A stretch of 64,000 bases of DNA from Eledone cirrhosa (lineage: Eukaryota): assembly GCA_964016885.1 (NCBI GenBank), contig OZ024754.1, positions 15,748,001 through 15,812,000 of the forward strand. Direction: 5' to 3'. The notes under the pieces were generated by a model. That model had not been told where the DNA came from and did no database searches. It was given only the letters and a program-made list of their open reading frames with translations. The translations under genes were made by a program, and so were the position numbers. Shown here one piece after another: positions 49,790 through 62,433 of the stretch. The first letter of the stretch is position 1, and each line of letters opens with the position of its first letter.

Positions 49790-50180
49790 AATAATAAATT
49801 TGAAGACTAAAATCCAAAGAGGGTTCGATAAGGATAAATATATATCAAATATATAAGAACCGTAGAGCAAATATTTATTAAAATAACAGATTAAAGTTTA
49901 AGCAAAGAATCGCTGCTTTCACCCTTAACAGGATCTTCTGAAACTAAAAAAATCAATCTGTGAATGCAGAAGTAAATATTTCAAAAAACGTTGCAACCGA
50001 AGGAAGACAGGAAGACGATACTTTGGTTCATGGAAACGTTCCCTGACAAAGAACGAAAATAATACGTCTCGATTGTAATATTTTTCTAAATTGATTTTTT
50101 TTAGTTTCAGAAGATCCAGTTAAGGGTGAAAGCAGCGATTCTTTGCTTAAACTTTAATCTGTTATTTTAATAAATATATA
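49790..50180. mobile_element. Inverted pair of Penelope-like termini, each with a CAGAAGA-core hammerhead (49895-49945 -, 50103-50153 +)
   Basis: About 85-bp inverted repeat flanked by (TA)n. A related rearranged copy lies at 51060-51175. Confidence 0.65.
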
Positions 50181-50926
50181 TATATATATATATATTGTGA
50201 ATGAATCACTAACCCTAACTACTTAAACCCTTTAGCATTTAAACCAGATGTATCCAGCCAGAATTCTTTCACTTTTTTCTGTTTAAACTGGCTTTAACTG
50301 GCCACTCATACTGATGTTAAGGTATTGTTCTCAAAATAAATAATATCAAAATCTCATAGCTTCAATATTGTGTAAGATAATATGTAAGATAAAGCCTTTA
50401 CCATGAAAATACAATAGTAAATATAGAGTAATGTAAATGCTAAAGGGTTAAAGCTTAAAATCCAGGATGTCAGCACAGTTGCACACTGCCAGTATCATAG
50501 GAAACCGCATATCTAATAATTTGCAGAGAACAATATAGTGAGGCTAAAATACAGAGACAGAATAAGTTTTATACTTACACAACACTACGTTTTCATACAG
50601 CCTGTATGGTACCATTTCATGCAGTTAAAATCATTAGCATTTACTGATTAAGAATAAATACACTGTGTTTGTTCTTGCATGTTGTAAGAAGCAACTAAAA
50701 GGTGTTGGTGCCAAGAAGGGCACTTGGCTGTAATACATTGCTGCAAAAAGTCCTGTCCAACCCATGTCAGCATGGAAAAGTTGCATCATTTTGAAAATGA
50801 TGATGATAATATATATATATTTATATTTATATATGGCATCATGAATGGACTTGTTATTTTTCTCTAAAGACATTTTTTCCAATTCCACGATACCCGTCCC
50901 TTCTATCTTTCTAATTTCTCATTCTT

Positions 50927-50962
50927 TCTTCTGATGAAGGACTAGTGTCCGAAATGTTAAGA
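50927..50962 (+). ncRNA. Minimal type I hammerhead candidate
   Basis: TCTT CTGATGA A GGAC-TAGT-GTCC GAAA TGTT AAGA. Confidence 0.6.
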
Positions 50963-51171
50963 TCCTCTTCCTGCTATTCCAAGTATTAGACTAATATATT
51001 CCTTCCATATAATGTACCGTTTATGTTCTTATTTCTGTTAACCTTTTACAAACATACATATATATTTCTTATAAGTACAGTTTAAAGTTTTAGCAAAGAA
51101 TCGCTGCTTTCACCCTTTTACGGGATCTTCTTATCGAGCCCTCTTCGGATTTTAGTCTTCACATTTATTAT

Positions 51172-51415
<244 letters not shown>

Positions 51416-51417
51416 TG

Positions 51418-51752
51418 GAGGCACATGGCTTAGTGGTTAGAGCATTGGCCTTGCAATCGAAAGGTTGTGAGTTCAATTCTCAGACCGGGTGGTGTGTTGT
51501 TTCCTTGAGCAAGACACTTTATTTCAAATTGCTCCAGTTTACTCAGCTGTAGAAATGAGATGATAGGGACTGAGGTCCATATCATTCCACTGCAAAGTAG
51601 TCGTGGAGGTGCCATGGCAAAAAAGCACCCAGCACTCACTGTAAATGAGGTTGGTGTTAGGAAGGGCATCCAGCTGTAGAAATCAAGCCAGAATCAGTTC
51701 CCTTTTCCCACCCTTGCAAGCAGGGAAAAAGCGGACGTAAAATGAAATGAAA
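51418..51752 (+). mobile_element. Full-length tRNA/CORE SINE with RTE tail
   Basis: Same family as 22514-22875 and 11625-11950. Confidence 0.88.
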
Positions 51753-51844
51753 ATATATATATTAGGTATGAATCACTAACCCTAACTACTTTAAACATTT
51801 CTATTGTGAATATTAAACTAAATGTTGATGTAATTTGATATTAG

Positions 51845-52069
51845 GTATCCAATGGAGAAACAGTCCAAACATCCTGCTCAGTTGTGGTCGAGATGGTTAT
51901 TTGTACCAAAATATATTTAAAGAAGCTCAACGTCCACTTGAACATATTAATCGTGTTGGTGTGAACATTAGTAAAAATGGTGATGTAGCTCAGGCTGTCT
52001 GTGAACATTTACTGAAACCATATCGACATCAAATCACTGAAATACATGAACCCACTCATCAGTTCTATT
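51845..52069 (+). CDS. WDR24: WDR24 exon 9 (GIQWRNSPNILLSCGRDGYLYQNIFKEAQRP...)
   Basis: ttag / T|gtaagt. Last WD repeat, phase consistent. Confidence 0.9.
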
Positions 52070-52594
52070 GTAAGTATTAATCTATTAATATACCTTGTTG
52101 CTAGGCTAAGCTGGCTGGGCTTGGCTCGGCTCGGTTGGGCTGGGCTGGGCTATCACCTTACATGGAAGAAACTTTTGTTAGGCAGTAGTTGAGCAGTCAG
52201 ACCATCTGCGAGAAATTAACTCTTTCTTATGCTTTCTATTTGAGGAAAGGGTGAAGTGACATAAGAGTGAGTGTGTTTGGCTCATGATATATATATATAT
52301 CATCATCATCGTTTAACGTCCATCTTCCATGATAGCATGGGTTAGACGCTTTTGTTCCACTTGATGCGGGAATGGTCAGGAGACTGTGTCTCGCTCGTTC
52401 AGCCACACACCTTCTCTCTCTCTATATATATATATTGTTATACTTGGGGAGGGTCATATTGTTATAATATTGGCAGAAATAATAATAAAACACACTCACT
52501 GTTTGGTTGGGGTTGGTTTTCACTTCTGTATCTTTTATATCTCCATAGTTAATTTATTTGGCAATCAATGTTTATCATTGATTGACCAACGGTT

Positions 52595-53340
52595 AAAATT
52601 TAGTCTTGCAGAGACACCTCTTCATCTCACCTCTTGCATGCACACAGCCCACATCCACATGCTTTCTCTCCAGCATCTCTGCAATCTCACCAGATCTACC
52701 TGTGAGAGTGCCAACACTAAGTGTGGCATCTCTGAGATGCGACGTCTCGTTCTTTTTCCTGTTGTGCGATTGCTTGATGACAGTCGTGGGGTTCTCGCAC
52801 ATGGCCTCACCAGCCACCCCACAACCGTGCACAGCCCTAACATGGTTAGTGTTATTGCTGTTTACGCAGTTGTTTTTGTGCGATTGCTTGATGACAGTCG
52901 TGGGGTTCTCGCACATGGCCTCATTAGCCACCCCACAACCGTGCACAGCCCTAACATGGTTAGTGTTATTGCTGTTTACGCAGTTGTTTTTGTGCGATTG
53001 CTTGATGACAGCCGTGGGGTTCTCACACCTGGCCGCACCAGCCACCCCACAACCGTGCACAGCCCTAACATGGTTAGTGTTATTGCTGTTTACGCAGTTG
53101 TTTTTGTGCGATTGCTTGATGACAGTCGTGGGGTTCTCACACATGGCCTCACCAGCCACCCCACAACCGTGCACAGCCCTAACATGGTTAGTGTTATTGC
53201 TGTTTACGCAGTTGTTTTTGTGCGATTGCTTGATGACAGTCGTGGGGTTCTCACACATGGCCTCACCAGCCACCCCACAACCGTGCACAGCCCTAACATG
53301 GTTAGTGTTATTGCTGTTGACGCAGTTGTTGCAATTCTTA
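52595..53340 (-). mobile_element. RTE LINE 5' relic: 114-bp x5 in-frame repeat followed by APE N-terminus
   Basis: ORF 52593..53354 ends LRDATLSVGTLTGRSGEIAEMLERKHVDVGCV. Repeat copies start at 52764, 52878 and so on. Confidence 0.8.
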
Positions 53341-53487
53341 TTTGTTGTGCTCATAATTTTGGCTTTTTATTATACTGGTTGGATGCCCTTCCTAACACCA
53401 GCACCACTTTACAGCATGGACTGGGTACTTTTATTCGTGCCACCAGCACTAGAGAGGTCATCTTACTGGACTCAGGGGCCCTATCCA

Positions 53488-53524
<37 letters not shown>

Positions 53525-53756
53525 CATAAGGTTCTCAGTTGGATTCCCCGCAGTGTATTGTGTCCTTGAACAAGACACCTGATTCCACATTGTTCTGGCC
53601 ATTCAGCTGGCAAAAAATGAGTTGTACCTGCTGAATCTCCCTGAGAACTACAATAAGAATACTTATGTTTGTAAAATGCTCAGTCATTTGCATGTTAATT
53701 TCACAGGCTATTTGAACAACTGGAACACTATCAGAACCAATGAAAGCATAACACAC

Positions 53757-53892
<136 letters not shown>

Positions 53893-54069
53893 AGGAAGGT
53901 GGTGGTAGTAGGTGGAAAGACTGTCAGTGTGTGTTTCGGTTACATATGTAGATATACATACATAACTTCTATTATAATAAAGATGCATGTCAGTTTTTCA
54001 TGGAAAAAAATGGAGGTGAAAACAATGATATTTAAACATTTCTAGTTGATTTATTTTGCTTTATTTTAG

Positions 54070-54182
54070 TTGATGAACCTCCTGCCTCATCACCAAATTC
54101 TCTATGCCACCTTCTACACAGTGTTGAGCCATACATGTGGGCCAATAGTAACCTATATTTGTTTTCATCTGATTCTTCCCCA
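54070..54182 (+). CDS. WDR24: WDR24 exon 10 (FDEPPASSPNSLCHLLHSVEPYMWANSNLYLFSSDSSP)
   Basis: ttattttag / gtaagt. Phase 1 to 0 bridges exons 9 and 11. Low-conservation linker. Confidence 0.75.
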
Positions 54183-54879
54183 GTAAGTAAAATATCATTG
54201 ATATATTATTTGTTCATCATCATCATTGTTTTAAACTTTTACTAGCAAGGGTTTGACAGTTCTACACAGATCAAGTCAGTACTGAAACAGGGCTACTCAG
54301 GCCGGGAGTCTGCGTCGTGCTTTTCTTCGCTGAGGCATATACCTAGTAGGCAACACCTTCCTCAACCTTCTCTCCCTCCCATACACCTCCCTTTGTGGTA
54401 ACCATCCCTCCCCTATTACCTATGTCTGTAGTTTCACCAAGCTTCCTCCACCCCCACCTCACTCCTAGTTCCAAGACAAAGGTACCCAGTCCACACATGT
54501 AAAGTGGTCGTGTCAGCGACACAACAAAAAGTGCCCAGCTCACACTGTAAATGTGTTTGGCGTTAGGAAGGGCATCCAGCAGTAGAAACCAAGCCAAAAT
54601 CTTCCCCGGGTGAGCTAAACATGACCTGAATCTCTCTCTAAGTGTCAATCCATCCTACCCATTCTAGCATGGAAGATGACGTTAAATGATGATGATTATA
54701 TTTATTTAACTGTAAATGTTTTAAGTTGTTTTCTGTTATTTTCCAACATCAACTATGTCTTTCATCCTTTCGATGTTGATAAATAAAGTAACAGTCAAGA
54801 GTAATGAATTGGTGAGATTGTTAATAAGTCAGTATCCAACCTGGTTCTGTGAGTTAAATGTCACCTCCTTCTGTCAGAA

Positions 54880-55125
54880 GTTGCAAGACCAATGAAAACA
54901 TTGTTTCTTTGGATAGTATTTGCAATGGAAAGACAAATGGAAACATTGTTTCCTTGGTCCAATCTCACAATTGGCTCCTTTCCAGATAGTGTTAGCAATG
55001 GAAAGACAATGGAAATATAGTTTCCTTGGTCTGATCTGATAATTAACTCCTTTCCAGATAATATCAGCAATGGAAAGATAAATAGAAACCTTGCTTCCTT
55101 GGTCTGATCTAACAATCAGCTCCTT
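54880..55125. repeat. Degenerate ~70-bp tandem repeat, about 3.5 copies
   Basis: Recurrent GCAATGGAAAGAC...TTCCTTGGTC...CTCCTTTCCAGATA. Confidence 0.7.
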
Positions 55126-55370
55126 TCTTTTCCCGTTATTTATTAAATATTATTTTTTTCTCTCTTTTTTTTTTCTATTTCTTTTATTCCTGTAAAGATT
55201 TAGCAGAAAATATCTAAAAAAAAAAGTTACTTTTCAAATATGTCTTGCTAATGTGATTTCATGTGATACAGGATGTTAAGAGTTAACTCTGCCATAATTT
55301 TACACTGCAGTAAATAAGATGATATTTAGCTTTATTATTAACATCATTAAATATATTTGCATTTCTCTAG

Positions 55371-55487
55371 GATCTATCTATGGACTGGTTTATAAATACT
55401 GCAAAGATGTACAAACTTAATGGTAAATCTTTTGAAGATATCTGTGATCATAATGCTTCTGTTGCACAAAGACTAAACAGAAAACAG
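55371..55487 (+). CDS. WDR24: WDR24 exon 11 (DLSMDWFINTAKMYKLNGKSFEDICDHNASVAQRLNRKQ)
   Basis: ttctctag / CAG|gtaaat. CDHNA motif of WDR24/WDR59-type proteins. Confidence 0.93.
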
Positions 55488-55591
55488 GTAAATGTTTAAT
55501 TTTGTAGTTGGTACCTCTCCTTATACAGGTATACCTCAGTTTACGTCATTTCGAGTTTTGTCATTTTTGAAGTGATGACGGTTTTTCTTAA

Positions 55592-55812
55592 CCTCTTCAG
55601 TGCCGTAGACGAGATAACTCATCCTAACATGTTTGGACTCATTTCCAACAGTTCATAACTTCATAACTTCAAAGCTAGGTGGGGTTACTAGTTTCTCAAT
55701 CATTCAGATATGTGTTGTTAATAAATATTTGTCAACCAAAATAGTCATTTTACTGAAAAAAAAACTGACTCAGCGACTGTAGCTGTGTAAAATATACGCG
55801 GCAGTCAACAGG
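55592..55812. mobile_element. TTAA-flanked piggyBac-like MITE nested in a Tigger-like relic (left end TA-CAGGTATACCTC at about 55525)
   Basis: TTAA-CCTCTTCAGTGCCG ... CGGCAGTCAACAGG-TTAA imperfect TIRs. Confidence 0.5.
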
Positions 55813-55954
55813 TTAATATCATATAGCAAAAATAAACCTGGTGTTAGGTCGATTGACTCAACTTTACGGCATTTTGGCAAAAATATTAAACCATAAAAAA
55901 AATCAATAAAAAGAAACCCCACTAAAAACATTGTCAGTTGTCATAGGCCCTCTT

Positions 55955-56232
55955 CAGTCATGAATGACCATGGTTTTGCATGCAGAAGGTGTGTTTGTGG
56001 AAGACCAGCAGTCGCTCATGTGTGCCAGTCTCCTCACTCCATGCCACCAATGTTGTCCAAAGGAAAAGCAATAGCTGATACAACTTGGACCAGTGACATT
56101 GCAACTCATTTCTACAGCTAAGTGAACTGCAGCAACATGAAATAAAGTGTTTTGCTCAAGAACACAATGCACCTCCTGGTCCAAGATTCGAACTCACAAC
56201 CTTAGGATTGTGAGCTCAGTGCTCTAACCACA
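55955..56232 (-). mobile_element. tRNA/CORE SINE, third tail type
   Basis: - strand GTGGTTAGAGCAC...GTGAGTTCGAATC...TTCTTGAGCAAAACACTT. Confidence 0.7.
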
Positions 56233-56335
56233 TTTAAATAAATGCTAAAATATCCAGCATAAACTAAAGTAGGAAACCTTTCTGTCAATTCATCAGGATG
56301 CTAATGGATGTATTGAATTATTTCATCTTCTTTAG

Positions 56336-56459
56336 GTTTATCTTACTTGGATGATTTTAAAGACGTTGTATTCATGTACATCCCCAAGCAACCTTACTCC
56401 TCCATACCATTCTGGTGCAGGATATTCTACCCTTATTGATAAACCCGATATTGAGAAAA
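56336..56459 (+). CDS. WDR24: WDR24 exon 12 (VYLTWMILKTLYS...DIEK)
   Basis: tctttag / A|gtaagt. Resembles VAQTWTMLRIIY. Confidence 0.9.
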
Positions 56460-56697
56460 GTAAGTACTCATTAACTCTTCTGATACCAAACCACCCTGAA
56501 ACCTCCTCTGCTTCTATGGTGGAAAGCTGTGTATTTTAAAGTGTTTATACTTATCTAAAACCCTGTCATCATAATTTTATAGTACATGAAGATATTGTAC
56601 ATAAAGCAAAACTGTGCAGTAGTTTAATGATACCCTAAGGCCAACTCTTTAATTGTGTGCCCCTATTATAAGTAATGTGAGCAGGGAAGACATTTTA

Positions 56698-56900
56698 ACC
56701 CTTTAGCATTACTCTATATATGCTATTATATTTTCATGGTAAAAGCTTTATCTCACATAATATTGAATCTATGAGATTTTGATGTTATTTGTTTTGAGAA
56801 CAATACCTTAACATCAGGATGATTGGCTAGTTAGGGCTGCTTTGAACAGAAAGAGGTGAGAGAATTCTGGCCGGATATGGCTGGTTTAAATTCTAAAGGG
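56698..56900. mobile_element. About 205-bp piggyBac-like MITE (TTAACCCTTTAGCA...TGCTAAAGGGTTAA); family copies at 36932-37126, 45975-46172, 49710 (fragment), 50226-50451, 61193-61400, 62207-62406 and 63788-64000
   Basis: TTAA target duplication, CCCTTTAG TIRs, shared internal GAATCTATGAGATTTTGA and AGAAAGAGGTGAGAGAATTCTGG. Confidence 0.8.
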
Positions 56901-57217
56901 TTAAATATGTAAAAGCATGAAACACGAAATAAACACTTCAAAATAAAATTTAATTAGTCACATACGTTTTGTCAAACATATACATTGTATTTCAATTCAA
57001 TAAATTTCTCAGCCTTTTGATCTGGGCAGAAAACTGGGCACACATTTTGGTTAGAGGCTTAAGAAATCTAAGTGGGTGCTACACTTAGTAGCCTTATTAA
57101 ATAGAGAACTCTGCATGGCTCTTATGGTGACTATCCCTAAAACCTGCCCTGATATGGTTGCCTGTGATCGTTGCAAGATCTGTACCCCTCTCTGCACACC
57201 ATTGACGTAAAAGACGA

Positions 57218-58850
57218 GCTGTTTATATGTCTATACACAGTCTTTGCTATAGATATAGTCTGTTGTACAGTATAATGTTGAAACAGTGTATATACAGATA
57301 AGGTGTGTATATGTCTATATAGTCTTGGCTATAGATATAGTCTGTTGTACAGTATAATGTTGAAACAATGTATATACAGATAAGGTGTTTATATGTCTAT
57401 ATAGTCTTGGCTATAGATATAGTCTGTTGTACAGTATAATGTTGAAACAATGTATATACAGATAAGCTGTTTATATGTCTATACACAGTCTTGGCTATAG
57501 ATATAGTCTGTTGTACAGTATAATGTTGAAACAATGTATATACAGATAAGGTGTGTATATGTCTATATAGTCTTGGCTATAGATATAGTCTGTTGTACAG
57601 TATAATGTTGAAACAATGTATATACAGATAAGGTGTTTATATGTCTATATAGTCTTGGCTATAGATATAGTCTGTTGTACAGTATAATGTTGAAACAATG
57701 TATATACAGATAAGCTGTTTATATGTCTATACACAGTCTTGGCTATAGATATAGTCTGTTGTACAGTATAATGTTGAAACAATGTATATACAGATAAGGT
57801 GTGTATATGTCTATATAGTCTTGGCTATAGATATAGTCTGTTGTACAGTATAATGTTGAAACAATGTATATACAGATAAGGTGTTTATATGTCTATATAG
57901 TCTTGGCTATAGATATAGTCTGTTGTACAGTATAATGTTGAAACAATGTATATACAGATAAGCTGTTTATATGTCTATACACAGTCTTGGCTATAGATAT
58001 AGTCTGTTGTACAGTATAATGTTGAAACAATGTATATACAGATAAGGTGTTTATATGTCTATATAGTCTTGGCTATAGATATAGTCTGTTGTACAGTATA
58101 ATGTTGAAACAATGTATATACAGATAAGGTGTTTATATGTCTATATAGTCTTGGCTATAGATATAGTCTGTTGTACAGTATAATGTTGAAACAATGTATA
58201 TACAGATAAGGTGTGTATATGTCTATATAGTCTTGGCTATAGATATAGTCTGTTGTACAGTATAATGTTGAAACAATGTATATACAGATAAGGTGTGTAT
58301 ATGTCTATATAGTCTTGGCTATAGATATAGTCTGTTGTACAGTATAATGTTGAAACAATGTATATACAGATAAGGTGTTTATATGTCTATATAGTCTTGG
58401 CTATAGATATAGTCTGTTGTACAGTATAATGTTGAAACAATGTATATACAGATAAGGTGTTTATATGTCTATATAGTCTTGGTTATAGATATAGTCTGTT
58501 GTACAGTATAATGTTGAAACAATGTATATACAGATAAGGTGTGTATATGTCTATATAGTCTTGGCTATAGATATAGTCTGTTGTACAGTATAATGTTGAA
58601 ACAATGTATATACAGATAAGGTGTGTATATGTCTATATAGTCTTGGCTATAGATATAGTCTGTTGTACAGTATAATGTTGAAACAATGTATATACAGATA
58701 AGGTGTTTATATGTCTATACACAGTCTTGGTTCTAGATATAGTCTGTTGTACAGTATAATGTTGAAACAATGTATATACAGATAAGGTGTTTATATGTCT
58801 ATACACAGTCTTGGTTCTAGATATAGTCTGTTGTACAGTATAATGTTGAA
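57218..58850. repeat. 82/84-bp minisatellite, about 20 copies, WDR24 intron 12
   Basis: Unit TATATGTCTATATAGTCTTGGCTATAGATATAGTCTGTTGTACAGTATAATGTTGAAACAATGTATATACAGATAAGGTGT[G/T]. Confidence 0.98.
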
Positions 58851-59076
58851 CTAATGTACTTGAAACAAATTTTGGGTGAAGGACAAAATCGATTTAATCA
58901 CGTTTGCTCTTGCTCCAAAATATGCTGCCCTCGTGCCTAAATAAGAAACCAATATTATATTATAGTTAGGTACCAGTCATGTACTGAGGTTGATTTAATC
59001 AACTTTGCCCTTCCCCAATGATTTGCTGGCCTTGTATCTAAATAAGAAATCAATATGAATTTTGTGTATTTTACAG

Positions 59077-59154
59077 TTGGAAAAATTGCTGATGCAACAC
59101 CTGAAAAGAGTTGTGAAGTGGAAAAAGATAATCCATTAGGAGAAAATACATCAG
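59077..59154 (+). CDS. WDR24: WDR24 exon 13 (IGKIADATPEKSCEVEKDNPLGENTS)
   Basis: ttttacag / G|gtacat. Symmetric phase-1 78-nt exon in a disordered region. Confidence 0.7.
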
Positions 59155-59372
59155 GTACATTGTATTTTATTTTTCTATCCTAGTCAGACTTTTATGCTAA
59201 GTTTTCGGACTGCATGGATTTTATTTTCATGTGGTTTCTTTTGAAGCCTGCTGCTTAACTCTGGCTGTTCAACAGTCAGCTTTGATGGGAAGCACTGACA
59301 TCAGAAATCTGGTCTATATGCTTGCAAAGAAAAAATTAAAAATAATGGTAATTTATATTATTTTTCCTACAG

Positions 59373-59539
59373 GTTGCAGTGAGGAAGAGTCTGATGCAGA
59401 AAATGAAGTCCAAGAAAAGAATTTAGCGAACATTGCCACAGGTTTAGCGAGCCAGACTGGAGATTTCTTCTTTGGTGAAGGAGATACAGACTTCTCGTAT
59501 GATCTAGAAGATGCTGATAGTGTACTTCATGAGAAACAT
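59373..59539 (+). CDS. WDR24: WDR24 exon 14 (GCSEEESDAENEVQEKNLANIATGLASQTGDFFFGEGD...EKH)
   Basis: ttcctacag / CAT|gttcgt. Acidic segment with DFFFG, in frame with exon 15. Confidence 0.8.
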
Positions 59540-59817
59540 GTTCGTATATAGAACCTTACAGATACTCTTCTTGTAACAAATATTTCTATCCCTTCTAACT
59601 AAACTATATTTTGCCCTCTTTAACCCTTTCATTGGCATATTTCTTATGAAAGACACTGCCTATGATTTTCAAATAATTTTGAAAATAATCAAGAATTTGA
59701 AGAGACTTAATACTTATTATTTACTTGGTGTTTGGAATGTAACATAACAAAGGTTCATACAAAAAATTATGATGGAAGGTTTTGAGATAAATATAGAACA
59801 GGGAAAATGGACGTTAA

Positions 59818-60046
59818 ATCCAATACAATTTGTCTCTACATCCAATACAATTTGTCTCTACATCCAATACAATTTGTCTCTACATCCAATACAATTTGTC
59901 TCTACATCCAATACAATTTGTCTCTACATCCAATACAATTTGTCTCTACATCCAATACAATTTGTCTCTACATCCAATACCATTTGTCTCTACATCCAAT
60001 ACCATTTGTCTCTACATCCAATACCATTTGTCTCTACATCCAATAT
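59818..60046. repeat. 22-bp minisatellite, about 10 copies
   Basis: Unit TCCAATACAATTTGTCTCTACA. Confidence 0.97.
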
Positions 60047-60065
60047 CACTTTTCTCTTTTACCAG

Positions 60066-60323
60066 GATTGGTCTCTTCCAGCAGAAGCATTCCAACCACG
60101 CCATGAACTTGAGTTTAGCAATGCTCCTCCAGTACCACCACCTCACTATTCACCTGCCAATGACAGCGATGGAAATTCATTTCATGCGACAAGTCATAAT
60201 CATAAAGAGACAATGAGTAATGGTGCTGCAGTGAACGATCTTTACATCAATGTGAAACTTCCCATCATACCTCAGTGGGACTGTAGTTCCATGGTTACAG
60301 AGATGCTTGTGGCTTATGCTGAG
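60066..60323 (+). CDS. WDR24: WDR24 exon 15 (DWSLPAEAFQPRHE...MLVAYAE)
   Basis: ttttaccag / GAG|gtaggt. LPxEAFxxRHE WDR24 motif. Confidence 0.92.
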
Positions 60324-61019
60324 GTAGGTTATTTTAATTCTTATATATCATTCAGTATGATTGTCGCTTATAGCTTATAGAATCTTTTGATAATTTACAA
60401 TGGTTTATATCAGAGGTTTTCAAACGTTTTGGGCCATCACCCACCTCAGTGCCCCCAACTCTATTTTCAGAGAGACCTGCCTACATGTAAATTGTAAATA
60501 ATATATAATAAATAAAATCGTTAATTTATATATAGTAGATAATATAAAATATACTATGTATAAATAAATATGTTTTTTATTTAACTATATTTATATATAA
60601 TATGTATCATTTGATATTTAATATTATCTTCATCTCTACTGCCCCAACGCCCCCTGGACCGTCTCACATACCCCCCACCCCCCAGCACTCACAACCTCTG
60701 CCCAGGTCTTTCTTGGTCTCCCTCTACTTCAGCTTCCTTCCATTGGGATTTCTTGGCACTTCTTCACCCAATGATATCATCATCCATATACATTACATGT
60801 CCATACCAGTGCAGTCTTCCCTCCTGTGCTCTGCTAATATGTTAATTATTTAATACCTTGTCCACATTAGCTTATTGACACTGGAAGGATGAAAGATAAA
60901 ATTGACCTCAGCAGGATTTGAACTCCGAGTGCAGATGGCTAGAACGAATACAGTCATTTAACAACTCTGCTAAATTCATCGCTATTTTTTAAACTAAAAT
61001 ATATCACTTCTCAATACAG

Positions 61020-61122
61020 GAGGACATTCAATCAACTGTTTCAATGCTCATTGTGTTGGGTGATCGTATTCAACCAGAAATTGATTTGGAGGTTCGGACA
61101 AGTTGGTTTCTAGCCTACATTG
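61020..61122 (+). CDS. WDR24: WDR24 exon 16 (EDIQSTVSMLIVLGDRIQPEIDLEVRTSWFLAYI)
   Basis: aatacag / G|gtatgt. DxQxxVSxLIVLG motif. Confidence 0.93.
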
Positions 61123-61458
61123 GTATGTAAATCTCTCTACTATATTGTTTCACATTATTCTTTGACATAAAAAACCGCATTCAAAATATATTTAACCCTT
61201 TAGCATCTACATTACTCTGTATTTCCTGTAATAATTTCACGTTAAAGGCTTTACCTCACATAATTATCTCACATAATATCAAATCTATGAGATTTTGATA
61301 TTATTTATTTTGAGAACAATACCTTAACATCAGTATGAATGGCTGGTTTGAACTGAAAGAGGTGAGAGAATTATGGCCGGTTTAAATGCTAAAGGGTTAA
61401 TCTCTGATAACTATATACATTGAAGAAAATCTTTGTTTTTTTTATTATCTTTTTTCAG

Positions 61459-61651
61459 AATTATTAGGACAATTTAAGCTATGGTCAGTGATTGCAGAGG
61501 TGATTGGACTTAGTAAAATTCCTGAAGTATCTATGTTAAATCAACAGTCTTCCAATATTTTAACCATGTGTCATCGATGTAACAAAACTCTCACAAACTG
61601 TAGTTGGTTTTGTAACAAATGTCGGGCAATTGTTGGTGTGTGTAGTGTGTG
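61459..61651 (+). CDS. WDR24: WDR24 exon 17 (ELLGQFKLW...LNQQS...CHRC...WFCNKC...CSVC; zinc finger)
   Basis: tttttcag / TG|gtaagt. CxxC pairs of the GATOR2 C-terminal zinc finger. Confidence 0.95.
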
Positions 61652-61844
61652 GTAAGTATACTACTATAATGCTATCTTGTGTTTGAGTGTCTTTAGGACA
61701 TATTGGAATAATCAAATGACCAGATTACTCTGCCAAACTATCATCTTAACCCTTTCATTACTCTTTTTCTAATGAAAGATACTGCTTATGACATTCAAAT
61801 ATTTTTTTAAATAATCAAGAATTCGGAGAAAATTAGTAACTTTA

Positions 61845-62075
61845 TAGAGTATATGGGGTGCATTTTATCACAGGACTAACAGTAATACTTTACAGGATGT
61901 ACTGGGTACATTTTATTGTGGCACCAATACTAACACTTTACAGAGTATACTGATGCATTTTATTGTGGCACCAGTATTAACACTGTACAGGGTATACTGG
62001 GTGCATTTTATTGAGGCACCAATACTAACGCTTTACAGGGTGTACTGGGTGCATCGTATTGTGGCACCAGCACAA
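61845..62075. repeat. Degenerate ~48-bp repeat derived from the SINE/RTE 3' UTR seed (reverse orientation)
   Basis: About 5 copies of TACTGGGTGCATTTTATTGTGGCACCAATACTAACACTTTACAG. Confidence 0.75.
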
Positions 62076-62433
62076 GAGAGGTTGTCATATTCTGAAGGCT
62101 CTTTTCAGATTGAAAAGTCCTCTCAAACCTTATATTATCTCTGTTCAATCATCAAACACTGTAGCCTGTATTCTGTATATCTCCATCTACGTTGCTTTTC
62201 ATCCATTTAACCCTTTATCACTCGCATTACTCTATATTTACTATTGTATTTTCATGGTAAAAGCTTTATCTCACATAATATGGAATCTATGAGATTTTGA
62301 TTATATTTATTTTGAAAACAATATCTTAACATCGATATGAGCAGCCAGTTACAGCTGGTTTGAACAGAAAGAGGTGCGAGAATTCTGGTTTAAATGCTAA
62401 AGTTTAAGGTCGATAAAAAGTACCAGTCTAGTA

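Noticed and set aside
52386-53582. 398-aa and 307-aa + strand ORFs as a nested gene
   Set aside because: Antisense readings of the 114-bp RTE repeat plus SINE and microsatellite flanks.
56265-56303. CTGATGA...GAAA GG TTT CC TA hammerhead-like motif on the - strand
   Set aside because: No stem I pairing and essentially no stem II; probably chance.
60410-60660. hAT/Charlie-like MITE (CAGAGGTTTTCAAAC left end)
   Set aside because: No matching right TIR or 8-bp target duplication visible, so it is not reported as a feature.
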